Below, piece after piece: positions 39,402 through 49,570 of a DNA stretch of 64,000 nucleotides (position 1 is the stretch's first letter; the number at the start of each line of letters is the position of its first letter). The stretch is from NCBI GenBank assembly GCA_965368245.1, contig CBDUMD010000003.1:16735-80734 (forward strand), in the 5' to 3' direction. The position numbers were made by a program, and so were the translations under genes. The notes under the pieces were generated by a model. It did not search any database and was not told the origin of the DNA. It saw only the letters and a program-made list of their open reading frames with translations. The stretch comes from an uncultured Thermoproteales archaeon (GTDB taxonomy: Archaea > Thermoproteota > Thermoprotei > Thermofilales > B20-G17).

Positions 39402-40637
39402 ATGAGCGTTAAGGTAGCCGTAACCGGCGGTGGACCGGCCGGTCTGACGGTGGCTTCTAGGCTTTCAAGTAAGGGTGTTGAGGTGACTGTGTTTGAAGAA
39501 CATGCTCAAGTGGGATGGCCGGTTCATTGCGCAGGACTCGTGTCCTCAAAAGGCCTAGAGCTGATCGGTATAAAAGATGAATCCTTTGTCTTAAATAACG
39601 TAAGGGGGGCGATCTTTTATTCGCCAAGTGGACGTAACGTGTTGATTGTTTCAAGACCTGAGGTACAAGCAAAGGTTATTGACCGTCTATCGTTCGATTA
39701 CCTGCTTTATAGAAAAGCGCTTAAAAATGACGTTAACTTCGAGTTTAAAGCCCCGATAATCAGGGTCAAGAAAACCGGCGGCAATGCCTGGATACTAAGG
39801 ACAAATAGGAGAACATTTAAGGGCTTTGACCTTTTAATCGATGCCGAAGGGTATTCCTCTAAGATAATAAGGTCCATCGGAATAAGGGATTCACGTCAAA
39901 TGATACCTGCGATTCAATACGAGATCCAAGGAATCAGTGACATGGATAGCGACTTTGTAGAGATATTTACTGGGAAATGTTGGGCACCAGGCTTTTTTGC
40001 GTGGCTTATACCGTTATCCAGCGATGAAGCTCGGATCGGTTTAGCATCCACCTTTAAACCTAGATTCATGTTAAACAGGCTTATTCTAAAACATCCAGCT
40101 TTAAGGGAGAGAACAAAACATATACGGATTAAAAAAGTATATGGAGGCTTGGTGGTGGTTTCTGGTCCTAATCCTAAACCCTACGGCGACGGGTTTATGC
40201 TTGTAGGCGACGCCGCCGGACACGTTAAACCTACGACAGGGGGAGGAGTAGTTTTCGGGATTTTAGGCGCACTACTTGCAGCCAAAGTTGTTATAAAAAT
40301 AATTGAGGAAGATGAAATGTTTAATGAATCCTCTCTTTCCTATTATAGAAAACTTTGGTTAAAACTATATGCTGCAGAGTTTAAACTAATGAAAATCGCC
40401 AGAAAGTTGCTGGATATTCTTCCAGATAACTTCATCGAAAACTTATTTGCAAAAGGTAAGGAAAGCGGGTTAGAGGATGTTGCAACAACATTTGGCGATA
40501 TAGATTTTCAATCAACGGTTATCACAAAAACCCTCACGTCACGAACTTTTCTAAATGTAGCTATTAAAAGTTTAACAGGGTTTCTGGCCCCCATACAGGG
40601 GCTCTCCTCGAAGATGAAAACTCAAAAACTAATTTAA
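39402..40637 (+). CDS. geranylgeranyl reductase family flavoprotein (digeranylgeranylglycerophospholipid reductase-like)
   Basis: VAVTGGGPAGL FAD fold, LVGDAAGHVKPTTGGG motif, 411 aa. Confidence 0.8.
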   Translation: MSVKVAVTGGGPAGLTVASRLSSKGVEVTVFEEHAQVGWPVHCAGLVSSKGLELIGIKDESFVLNNVRGAIFYSPSGRNVLIVSRPEVQAKVIDRLSFDYLLYRKALKNDVNFEFKAPIIRVKKTGGNAWILRTNRRTFKGFDLLIDAEGYSSKIIRSIGIRDSRQMIPAIQYEIQGISDMDSDFVEIFTGKCWAPGFFAWLIPLSSDEARIGLASTFKPRFMLNRLILKHPALRERTKHIRIKKVYGGLVVVSGPNPKPYGDGFMLVGDAAGHVKPTTGGGVVFGILGALLAAKVVIKIIEEDEMFNESSLSYYRKLWLKLYAAEFKLMKIARKLLDILPDNFIENLFAKGKESGLEDVATTFGDIDFQSTVITKTLTSRTFLNVAIKSLTGFLAPIQGLSSKMKTQKLI

Positions 40638-40699
40638 AGTATGATTGATCTTGTTGATTTCTAAGAGTATGGAAGATAGATAGATGCATTTACAGGTGT

Positions 40700-41269
40700 T
40701 TAAGATAAAAGAAGAACAATTCCGACGATAATGAAGAGTATTCCTGAAATAAAACGAAGCATCCTCCTAGGTATCCTTCTTAATATAGCGTCACCTATTT
40801 CCAACGTTAAAAAACATATGAAAATCAATGCTAGATATCCGCCTAGTATCGTGGCAAAGGGATTTCTAGATACGGCTGAAAGCGAGAAAACGGTTATTTG
40901 GGTTTTATCTCCCAGTTCCGCTAGAGATATACCCATAAACGATGCTTTAAATGGAGAGAGACTCCTCCCCCCTTCCTCTTCTTTCAATTCATTTTTCCTT
41001 TGTATTAAGGTAAATAAACCGATTATTATAAAGAGAAGAGCCGACATTTGCGATACTAGATGAGAGGGAATTATAATAGATGCTTCGTGGCCTAAAACAC
41101 CGCCCATTATAGTTAAAGCTGCGAAAGCTAACGATGCTCCGAAAAACACTTCTTTTCCACTTCTATATCTTGCTAACAAGCTTAATAATATTAGCTGGGT
41201 TTTATCTCCCAATTCCATCAAGGAGACTATTGAAAAGGTGGTGAAAAAGCTTTCAAGGAAGCTGATCAT
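40700..41269 (-). CDS. GDT1/TMEM165 (UPF0016) family cation transporter
   Basis: Two ELGDKTQ motifs in a 189-aa multi-pass membrane protein. Confidence 0.85.
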   Translation of the reverse strand: MISFLESFFTTFSIVSLMELGDKTQLILLSLLARYRSGKEVFFGASLAFAALTIMGGVLGHEASIIIPSHLVSQMSALLFIIIGLFTLIQRKNELKEEEGGRSLSPFKASFMGISLAELGDKTQITVFSLSAVSRNPFATILGGYLALIFICFLTLEIGDAILRRIPRRMLRFISGILFIIVGIVLLLS

Positions 41270-41305
41270 TTCCTCACCCTGTTTTCAGGTCATCGTCCTG
41301 AAAAC

Positions 41306-41827
41306 CTAAATTTTCACTATTTTTGCGCATGGCTTTTCTAGATTTACTATGGCTAAGGTCGACTCCCCGGAGAGATAGCCTAGTATTTCTCCTGGATTTA
41401 CAACTAGTGTCCCATGGATTTGTTTCACTTCTCTTTCATGTGTATGGCCGTAAAATATTAGGTCATAGTTTTTACTCTCAGCGAGTTCGTATACTATTTT
41501 TCGTGTAAAGTCCTTTGGGCCGAAACCGTGAAGTACAAGGATTCTTTTACCATAAAGTTCCATGACATGTGGTGGTGTAAATATTTCGATATTGTTCTTT
41601 TCTGCTATTTTTAATAGGAGATATTTGTCGCCATCATTGTTTCCAAAGACGCCAATGAATTTACCTGGGAAAGAGGATATTTCCTTTAAAATGAACGGTG
41701 ACACAAAATCCCCACAATGGATCACGGTATTGATATCATGGTTCATAAGAATTTTCAATGCTTTTCTTAATGCTGGAATATTATCATGTGTATCAGACAT
41801 TAAGCCGATAATCATCTCCAAATCCAT
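41306..41827 (-). CDS. YfcE/MJ0936-type metallophosphoesterase
   Basis: MSDTHDN, HCGDF, GNND and GHTH motifs. Confidence 0.85.
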   Translation of the reverse strand: MDLEMIIGLMSDTHDNIPALRKALKILMNHDINTVIHCGDFVSPFILKEISSFPGKFIGVFGNNDGDKYLLLKIAEKNNIEIFTPPHVMELYGKRILVLHGFGPKDFTRKIVYELAESKNYDLIFYGHTHEREVKQIHGTLVVNPGEILGYLSGESTLAIVNLEKPCAKIVKI

Positions 41828-42015
41828 TAGATTCGATCAACAGACACTAAAATATTTAACGCAAGTGTAGTGAATTAACTCTACTGGGTGCTGATAGGTC
41901 AAACCCAAGTAAAATACAATGTACTTCTATACTAGCGTAGTAACATGCTTCGTGGCTTGAAAATTATGGTAAAATGAACTATATTATTTATTTAAACCCA
42001 TTATCCCTTTGCAAG

Positions 42016-43047
42016 TTAAAGGAATTTTTCTTCGAGGATCCATCCATTGTTGAATGTCTTTTCGGGTGGTGGAAACCCCCTCCATATACTCTTCTCCTCA
42101 TCAACTACACACATTAGATCTATGGTTTGTAATATGTCCTCTGAGATCATCTCTTCAAAGAATCTGTATGCTTCTATTAGATTCCTGTTGTCTGGTAAAA
42201 GCAATCGAGTGACCACACTTATATCCTTCTTTGAAATGAATATTTCATCCATTAAAGGTATTTTTTTAAATACATTAATGAAGGCGGCTGCTGCGTCAAG
42301 AGTATAGAATTTCATTTTAATGTACATGGGTAAAAGGTTTCCAGTTGCTGTACTCTTGAATTTTATTCGATACCCCTCGACCATGTTCACAACATGTTTA
42401 TGAAAGTGGTAGAGTAACGCCCTTGGATTCACATTTATATAGCGTGCTATCTTAGCTATGCTTTTCAATCCATCTCGTTCTAGTTCCCTTATAATATGAA
42501 GGTCTTTTATATCAACCTTCCATTTTCTTATAGGATTGAAGTTTAACGATCCTGTTCCTTCTCTTATCTGATCACCTATTTTCCTCCAGTCTAGGCGCCA
42601 TGTATTGTTTTTTAGGTCATAACATGAAAAATCGGGTTCAGGATGCATCCTCCTACCTATAAAAAGCTCGCTTTCAGGTATATGGCTTAAAACCATGTTT
42701 TGTAGTTTTTCCAGGTGTTTGCTTGGGAAAAAGTAGAGTAGAAGCCAGTAAACTTCACCTCCCTGGTACATTTTTTCTTTTGCACACAAGTATATCGAGT
42801 CAAGAAGTTTTAAATCGCTTCTAGAGGGTTGTTTTAGTATTAGAATTGCAGGTGTTAACCCTAATGCCTCATAGTTGGGAGAAATACATATTTGCAGGAA
42901 CTTTGTGAGCCTTCTAATCCTCCTTCTTATAGTCTCCTTAGATACTTTAACGCTTCTAGCAATTTCCGCCATATTTAATAGCTTTAATTTGGAAACTAAT
43001 TCGAGGATTCTTTTATCGCGGTCGTCAATGAATAAATCTTCCGACAT
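42016..43047 (-). CDS. two-HTH putative transcription regulator, paralog 2 of 3
   Basis: N-terminal HTH DKRILELVSKLKLLNMAEIARSVKVSKETIRRRIRRL followed by ISPNYEALGLTP. Second HTH DLHIIRELERDGLKSIAKIARYINVNPRALLYHFHKHV. Confidence 0.65.
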   Translation of the reverse strand: MSEDLFIDDRDKRILELVSKLKLLNMAEIARSVKVSKETIRRRIRRLTKFLQICISPNYEALGLTPAILILKQPSRSDLKLLDSIYLCAKEKMYQGGEVYWLLLYFFPSKHLEKLQNMVLSHIPESELFIGRRMHPEPDFSCYDLKNNTWRLDWRKIGDQIREGTGSLNFNPIRKWKVDIKDLHIIRELERDGLKSIAKIARYINVNPRALLYHFHKHVVNMVEGYRIKFKSTATGNLLPMYIKMKFYTLDAAAAFINVFKKIPLMDEIFISKKDISVVTRLLLPDNRNLIEAYRFFEEMISEDILQTIDLMCVVDEEKSIWRGFPPPEKTFNNGWILEEKFL

Positions 43048-43170
43048 GTTTAATTAAAATGAAAACAATTTATATTTAATTCTTCTCTTAAGTTTAAATC
43101 GCCAAAAATGGTATCAAGGATGGAGAGCCTTGAAAACCGATTACGTTAATAAATTATTGGGGTTAGGTCT

Positions 43171-46100
43171 TTGACCATAGAAAGTGCGAAAATACTGGAT
43201 CGGCTGGGATACAACTATTATAAATATTCTGAGCCAGAGGTTATGCCCGATACTGTGTCCGTAACTTTCCTGGATATGCTACCATTTATAAACAAATATC
43301 TGAATGACGATTACTTCGGCAACATTGGTAGAAAAAGGCTATATAAACATCAATGGGAAGCTTACGGGAAGCTGGCTCAAGGATATAACGTTATTCTTAG
43401 ATCAGGAACTGGGTCCGGCAAGACAGAAGCATGGGTTATGTATTCGATTATACACAGGAAGAAGGTTTTGGCAATTTATCCTACTTTAGCGTTGGCCAAT
43501 GATCAGCTTTATAGATTGAATAAATACTCGAAGGCCGCCAAAATTAAGGTTGTTGCAATCGACGCAAAGAGGAAGAACGAGCTTTATAAAGATAAAGGGA
43601 GTAGATCTAAAGTTATTAAATATATTGCTGGAGCCGACATAGTTGTAACTAACCCTGCTTTCTTAATCCTTGAACTGAAAAAGATAGGTTCAAGGCGAAA
43701 GGTCTCTATTCTCGAGGAGTTTCTAAGAAAAGTAGACGTTATAGTTCTTGATGAATTTGATTTCTATGGGCCGCGTGAAATAGCCCTTCTATTTTCGATG
43801 ATAAAGCTTTTAAGGGAATTTTATGGTGCCAGGTTTCAGATAGTATTACTGACTGCTACCTTGGAGAATGCCCACGAGGTAGCAAGGTATTTTACCGGTA
43901 TTAATTCCAAGCCGACAAGCATCATAGAAGGTAAGGCCTTCAAGGTAAAAAACATTCTCTACGTTATTCTAGGCAAAAACTTGGAACAAGTATGGAGCAT
44001 AGTTAAAAGAGAATTTAACAGGAACATTTCAAACCTCAAGGAGCTTGGTGAAGATATATTAAAGGCGTTGAAGGATTTCGAGTATTTTCGGGAAAACGTT
44101 TACAAAGTTTTGTCAATAGCAGAGGCAATGGGCCTTAAAATTCCCTGGATTGAATTCGACCCCTGCGAACTTCTCACACACTATTTAAACGATGACGGTG
44201 TAACGCTAGTATTCACTAGAAGTATAGCTAAAGCAGAGGAGATATACAGAAAACTTAGGTCGATGCTCTCAGAAGATAAGAGTAGACGGGTTGCAGCACA
44301 CCATCATCTGGTATCAAAAGATGTTAGAGAAAAAATAGAGGAAGGTGCACGTAGCGGGAAAATAAAGGTTATAATATCGCCGAGAACCCTTTCGCAGGGT
44401 ATAGACATCGGCACTATAGTGAGAATAGTGCACATAGGGTTACCGGAGAATGTTCGAGAATATTGGCAGCGGGAAGGTAGAAAGGGTAGACGAACGGATA
44501 TCAAGTTTACGGAAACAATAATAATCCCTTTAACCCGCTGGGATAGATACCTACTTTCACGGGGATTAAAAGCTCTAATAGAATGGACAAACCTACCCCT
44601 GGAAAAGACCATAGTTAACCCGCACAATAAGTACTCCTTACTCTTCGAAGCTCTCTTCAAGTTCATTTCGCCTGAGTTACGGGGCAAGCTCACCGAAGAG
44701 GAGTACCGTTTTCTAAAGGAATTAGGATTAGTTTCAGGAGCTGAGCTCACCAAGGTCGGTAAGATGACTTGGAGAAACATGAATTTCTACGAGTTTTCCC
44801 CGCCTTACGGTATAAAACGAATAAAACGGTTGGACGATGAAAAACAAATATATTTGGAGGATGTTTCCCACTGTGATCTGGTCGAGAGGTTTCAACCTGG
44901 TTGTATAGACTATTCATCTGATAGCATAGTTACTTTCCACAATTTAGGTGGACGTAGTGGAAGGGTAGTTACGGCAGTCATAGAAGAACCCTTAAACGAT
45001 AGAACCCTATGGAAATATGATCCCCTCGCAGAAGCCTATGAAGAGTATGCTAAGATTAAGAGGAAGTGGGGTGAATCTCCCTCCTTCTACTGGGATTATG
45101 TTAAGGGACACCTGCATTCCGAGGTAATATGCGTCGTATACGCCCCTAAAAATGGGTTCGGGAAACTCACGAAGTTCCCTAACAGGGTTGTATGGTTTTT
45201 AACGGCCCCACGCCCCATAATTAAAACAATTGGAGGTAAGTCGGTGGTCTTTAGAAACATAAAAACCATTGAAGTTCCAGCCGTCACTAATGGGAAATAC
45301 TCCGACTACACGTATGGCATCAGTGTAGAGCTCGATCCCAAGGAGAACATCGAGCTAATGAGAATCGGTATGGCTTATCTTATGGTAATTTTACGTAAAG
45401 AATTTGGTATACCATTTGATACTATAGATTATAGTTTACATAAGTTGGGGGAAAGAAAGCTCCTTCTACTCCATGAACCTGAAAGTGCAGGTCTTTTGGA
45501 ACTTCTAGACTGGTCCCTTGTAGCAGGGAAAGTCAAAGAATATGAACCTGAGGAAATAGATGAAATACTGCTTTTAGAGGTGGATGAAAACGCATACCTC
45601 GACTTCGTGGAATTTGACTTCAATTGGGATCTCGCAAAAAGCTTCGCCTTGAGGTCTATCGAATACCTTTTACTTAGACAAAATATCGAGCTAAAAATCA
45701 AGGGAAAAAGCATTCTCATACCGAAGCCGTCACGGGCCTTGCGTACAGCGGTAATAGATGTACTGGAGTTACCCTTTGACGAGCAACTAAGGGTATCTTT
45801 CTTCATTATGGGGGTATATGATGGGGACGATATGCTTGTTTCCAGAGGGTTTAAGGAGGTACTAGTAACGTCTGCTGAACTAGAGGACTTTGAAGACGTT
45901 GTACGGCAACTTATAAACGAGGGATTTAAACTAGTAGTTTTCTCCAAGAGTACGATTTACGAAAGCTTAGAGAAAATAGGGTTAAGAAGTATCATAGCTA
46001 CGATTCGCGGTCTTGAGCAGATGGGGCTTGTAGAGGATGTGGAGAGCCTCGCAAAAGATGTTCTAGAATTGCGGTTTATCTCTTTAGAGGAATTGGAAAG

Positions 46101-46311
46101 TGCTTTGGGACTTTCACGTAATACGTCCCTTGTAGATGTCCTAAACAAGTACTTTAATTCACTCAACAGGATAAAGGAGGTTCCTGTAGGTAAATGGAAG
46201 AAGTTCACTAGATTTCTTGGGGATACTTCAGAGAAAGCTATGAAAGAGAATCTTAAAAACATATATCTATTATACTTTATCCTTAAGAAAATGAAAGAGG
46301 AAAAAACATAG
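43171..46311 (+). CDS. YprA/MrfA-like SF2 helicase with Cys-less DUF1998-like region and a further C-terminal extension of about 250 aa
   Basis: LYKHQWEAY, SGTGSGKTEAW (I), VLDEFDFY (II), LTATL (III), SPRTLSQGIDIG (V) and QREGRKGRR (VI). Then FQPGCIDYSSDSIVTFHNL and LLLLHEPESAGLLE, which resemble MrfA C-terminal-domain elements. Confidence 0.8.
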   Translation: MTIESAKILDRLGYNYYKYSEPEVMPDTVSVTFLDMLPFINKYLNDDYFGNIGRKRLYKHQWEAYGKLAQGYNVILRSGTGSGKTEAWVMYSIIHRKKVLAIYPTLALANDQLYRLNKYSKAAKIKVVAIDAKRKNELYKDKGSRSKVIKYIAGADIVVTNPAFLILELKKIGSRRKVSILEEFLRKVDVIVLDEFDFYGPREIALLFSMIKLLREFYGARFQIVLLTATLENAHEVARYFTGINSKPTSIIEGKAFKVKNILYVILGKNLEQVWSIVKREFNRNISNLKELGEDILKALKDFEYFRENVYKVLSIAEAMGLKIPWIEFDPCELLTHYLNDDGVTLVFTRSIAKAEEIYRKLRSMLSEDKSRRVAAHHHLVSKDVREKIEEGARSGKIKVIISPRTLSQGIDIGTIVRIVHIGLPENVREYWQREGRKGRRTDIKFTETIIIPLTRWDRYLLSRGLKALIEWTNLPLEKTIVNPHNKYSLLFEALFKFISPELRGKLTEEEYRFLKELGLVSGAELTKVGKMTWRNMNFYEFSPPYGIKRIKRLDDEKQIYLEDVSHCDLVERFQPGCIDYSSDSIVTFHNLGGRSGRVVTAVIEEPLNDRTLWKYDPLAEAYEEYAKIKRKWGESPSFYWDYVKGHLHSEVICVVYAPKNGFGKLTKFPNRVVWFLTAPRPIIKTIGGKSVVFRNIKTIEVPAVTNGKYSDYTYGISVELDPKENIELMRIGMAYLMVILRKEFGIPFDTIDYSLHKLGERKLLLLHEPESAGLLELLDWSLVAGKVKEYEPEEIDEILLLEVDENAYLDFVEFDFNWDLAKSFALRSIEYLLLRQNIELKIKGKSILIPKPSRALRTAVIDVLELPFDEQLRVSFFIMGVYDGDDMLVSRGFKEVLVTSAELEDFEDVVRQLINEGFKLVVFSKSTIYESLEKIGLRSIIATIRGLEQMGLVEDVESLAKDVLELRFISLEELESALGLSRNTSLVDVLNKYFNSLNRIKEVPVGKWKKFTRFLGDTSEKAMKENLKNIYLLYFILKKMKEEKT

Positions 46312-46326
46312 GAAAAGGCGTCTACG

Positions 46327-46977
46327 ATGGTAATCTACGTGATAGAGCATTTAGAGCCAGTCGTCAGCAAATGGGTTTGGTTCGAATACAAGAACGTTAG
46401 CCATATAGTTGGTAAAGAGAACTTAGTTATATCGAATATTAGGGATCCAGCGGAAAGAAAGTTGCTGACAAAGATAGCATTCATGGTTTTAGAGGAGAGC
46501 ATACTATCCTTAAAATCGTTCAAGCAGGAGGACATGATAGTTCTTGATCCTCAGGCACCCCATGTTCTTGAACCAAAGGATGTAAAAGAAAATACGGTGT
46601 TTGTTATAGGCGGGATCATGGGGGATCACCCACCTAAGGGTAGAACGAAAACTTTTCTATCAAAACGGTTGCCCAACGCTAGAAAGAGAAATCTAGGTAA
46701 ACTTCAGTTATCCGTGGACGGTGCCGCCTATGTAGCTAAAAGAATAGCTGAAGGGACCCCGTTAAGCGAACTATTTTTCGTTAATGAACTTGAAATAAAG
46801 GTGTCTGAAAAACATTCAATAATCTTACCGTTTAGCTATCCAATAAAAGATGGTAGACCGTTAATAAGCAGGGAGTTGGTCGAATACCTTAAAAACGGTA
46901 TAGATAGGGATGAAGCCGAATACCTTAAGTTAGGGAGGGTGAAATCCGTTGTCGAATTCGACGAAAACGGGCTTTAG
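46327..46977 (+). CDS. SPOUT-fold methyltransferase, Sfm1/DUF431-like
   Basis: YVIEHLEPVVSKWVWFEYKNV and VFVIGGIMGDHPPKGRTKTF parallel yeast Sfm1 (YIIEHMEEGFSEWVILEY, FVFGGILGDHPPRDRTKEL) as I recall it. Confidence 0.55.
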   Translation: MVIYVIEHLEPVVSKWVWFEYKNVSHIVGKENLVISNIRDPAERKLLTKIAFMVLEESILSLKSFKQEDMIVLDPQAPHVLEPKDVKENTVFVIGGIMGDHPPKGRTKTFLSKRLPNARKRNLGKLQLSVDGAAYVAKRIAEGTPLSELFFVNELEIKVSEKHSIILPFSYPIKDGRPLISRELVEYLKNGIDRDEAEYLKLGRVKSVVEFDENGL

Positions 46978-46984
46978 ATCTAGG

Positions 46985-47545
46985 GTGTTATTTGCCACAA
47001 GGAACATGAATAAGTTTAAAGAAGCCTTCCTGATACTGTCGAAATACAATATTCAACTTGATCATCTTCCGGAAGATAAGCTTGAAATACAATCTGACTC
47101 CCTAGAGGAGATAGCTACTTACGCCGTTAAAGAGCTTGCTAGCCGTTATCCCAACAGAAATTTACTAGTTGAAGATGATGGGCTTTTCATAGAGGCGTTA
47201 AAAGGTTTTCCAGGACCCTTTTCCTCGTATGTATATAGAACCATAGGGTTAAGCGGTATCCTAAAGCTTATGTCAGGTAGAAGTGATAGAAGAGCCTACT
47301 TTAAGTCTGTTGTAGCTTTCGTATCTCCTGAATTGGGGTTAAAGGTTTTTACAGGAGTGGTCTCTGGTGTCATTGCAGAACAAGAGAAGGGGTCTCAAGG
47401 TTTCGGATATGATCCTATATTTATTCCTGAAGGGTCGTCTAAAACGTTTGCTGAAATGGACATTAAGGAGAAGAATCTATATTCACACCGGGGTAGAGCA
47501 TTCACGAAGTTTGCAGAATGGTTTAGGAATGTGATGTTAGTTTAA
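46985..47545 (+). CDS. non-canonical purine NTP pyrophosphatase (RdgB/HAM1/ITPase)
   Basis: LFATRNMNKFKEA, EDDGLFIEALKGFPGPFS and GFGYDPIFIP motifs. GTG 46985 is preferred over track TTG 46949, which overlaps the previous gene. Confidence 0.85.
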   Translation: MLFATRNMNKFKEAFLILSKYNIQLDHLPEDKLEIQSDSLEEIATYAVKELASRYPNRNLLVEDDGLFIEALKGFPGPFSSYVYRTIGLSGILKLMSGRSDRRAYFKSVVAFVSPELGLKVFTGVVSGVIAEQEKGSQGFGYDPIFIPEGSSKTFAEMDIKEKNLYSHRGRAFTKFAEWFRNVMLV

Positions 47546-47620
47546 AAATAAATCAGTTTCCACATTCATTATCTTCAAGAAGATTTATTAACCGAAACAT
47601 GTTTTTCTAGACAGTAGAAG

Positions 47621-48442
47621 ATGAGCATGGATAAATCATCTTTTAGAGAGGCTTGGCGTAAGGTCCGTAAAATAATAAGAAATGCTGATGTTGTACTTGA
47701 GGTGCTTGAAGCTAGAAACCCGATGGGTACGAGATCCCTGAAACTGGAGAAACTGGTTTCACGGCTCGGTAAACCTCTTATACTTGTAATAAATAAGGCT
47801 GACCTAGTACCTCGAGAAATTATGGATGAATGGAAAAATGTTTTTGAAAAAGAATATCCGACTATTTACATCAGCGCCCGGAAAAGGCTTGGCACAACAT
47901 TTCTATGGAAAACCATAAGAAAAGTAGTTCCCGGCAATAAGCCTGTAGTAAAGGTTGCTGTTGTAGGATATCCCAACGTAGGAAAATCCAGTATAATCAA
48001 TATCTTAAAGGGAAGACATTCGGCATCAACCTCTCCCAAGGCCGGGTATACTAAACATGTTCAAGAGTATAGGGCATCTAGATGGCTTAAGGTAATAGAT
48101 ACTCCAGGAGTAATACCTTTAAGAGAAAGTGAGGTCACCCTCGTACTACGTTTTGCATTAAACCCCGAGGATCTGTCAGATCCTGTAGGGACAGCCTGTA
48201 AACTAATAAAATTAGGTCTAAAACTGCACCCGGAGGTTTTCAAAGAAACATATAAAGTGCAATCTAAAACACCTGAGGAAATACTCAGAGAAATAGCGTT
48301 GAAGCGTGGACTACTTCTGAAAGGCGGTAAACTAAACATCGAGGAAGCTGCTAGAATAGTTTTGAGGGACTGGATAAACGGAAAACTAGTTTTCTATATT
48401 CCACCTCCTAGGTCAAAGCAGTCCTTCTCCAACACCCTGTAA
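47621..48442 (+). CDS. circularly permuted YlqF/RbgA-type ribosome-biogenesis GTPase
   Basis: G4 NKADL precedes G1 GYPNVGKSS and G3 DTPG. Confidence 0.8.
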   Translation: MSMDKSSFREAWRKVRKIIRNADVVLEVLEARNPMGTRSLKLEKLVSRLGKPLILVINKADLVPREIMDEWKNVFEKEYPTIYISARKRLGTTFLWKTIRKVVPGNKPVVKVAVVGYPNVGKSSIINILKGRHSASTSPKAGYTKHVQEYRASRWLKVIDTPGVIPLRESEVTLVLRFALNPEDLSDPVGTACKLIKLGLKLHPEVFKETYKVQSKTPEEILREIALKRGLLLKGGKLNIEEAARIVLRDWINGKLVFYIPPPRSKQSFSNTL

Positions 48443-48544
48443 TAGCTTCCAGTTACATGTGAGGTTCGGATGAAAAAGCAGATACTGTAAAATAATAAGT
48501 ATAATAGTGTCTAGAATACCTGTAAACAGATCTATAGGGGATAA

Positions 48545-49570
48545 GTGATGGCTAAAATGGAGGATATTTTAGGAGAATTAAGTGAGGTTGGAAGGTTAGT
48601 GGATCCCTTTATGGAGAAGGCTTTAGCAAACATGGTTAGTAGCGATTTCCTTGAAATAGTTCTGCATCAGGTTAAAACCGGGGGGAAACGCGTCAGACCT
48701 GCTCTTGTCATATTATCCTGTGAAGCATGCGGCGGAAGCAGAGAGGACGCGCTACCTGTAGCCGCTGCAATAGAACTGATACATGAATACTCCCTGATAT
48801 TCGACGATATCATTGACAGAGGAGAGATTAGGAGGGGAAAACCCACTGTCAGGAAACTTTATGGAGATATAATGGCTCTCTTAGCTGCCCTTCACTACCG
48901 TGAATCCATAAGCGAGCTAGTGAACCAGAGCAAGAAGCCCCTTGAGTTACATGCATTAATAGCAGAAACTATAAAACGCATAATAGAAGGCGAAAGACTT
49001 GACATACTCTTTGAACAGGCGGGTAGAAGAGAAGAATATATCGTAAAGCACAGGTACAGGGAAATAGATTTCAGCGATTATCTTAGAATGATCGAATATA
49101 AAACTGCGGCACTTATAGAGGCAGCCTGTTTAGCCGGTGCAATAATAGCTGATGCTCCCCCAGTTCAATGTGATGCATTAGCAAAGTATGGACGAAAAAT
49201 AGGGATTGCCTTCCAACTCATAGATGATCTTTTAGACATTTTCGGCGAAGAAAAAACATTTGGAAAAAAGGTTGGTAAAGATATTCTAGAACACAAGCTC
49301 GGTAACGCCATAATTCTTAAAGCACTACAAAATCTCCCTAAAGAAAAAAGAGAAGATTTGCTGGAGATATTAAGAAGCGAGAAAATAAGCGAAGAAGATG
49401 TAAGAAAAGCTATCAAAATAATTTCTATGACTAACGCTAGGGAAGAGGTCTATAACATGGCTTTGACGCTCGTGGAAGACGCAAAGAAGTCGTTGCTTGG
49501 ACTGCCAGTGTCACAGGCTAGATCAAAGCTCGAGAAACTAGCTGATTTTATAGTTAAAAGGAAGTTCTAG
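48545..49570 (+). CDS. polyprenyl (geranylgeranyl) diphosphate synthase
   Basis: First and second Asp-rich motifs FDDIID and DDLLD, plus GKRVRP. Confidence 0.9.
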   Translation: MMAKMEDILGELSEVGRLVDPFMEKALANMVSSDFLEIVLHQVKTGGKRVRPALVILSCEACGGSREDALPVAAAIELIHEYSLIFDDIIDRGEIRRGKPTVRKLYGDIMALLAALHYRESISELVNQSKKPLELHALIAETIKRIIEGERLDILFEQAGRREEYIVKHRYREIDFSDYLRMIEYKTAALIEAACLAGAIIADAPPVQCDALAKYGRKIGIAFQLIDDLLDIFGEEKTFGKKVGKDILEHKLGNAIILKALQNLPKEKREDLLEILRSEKISEEDVRKAIKIISMTNAREEVYNMALTLVEDAKKSLLGLPVSQARSKLEKLADFIVKRKF

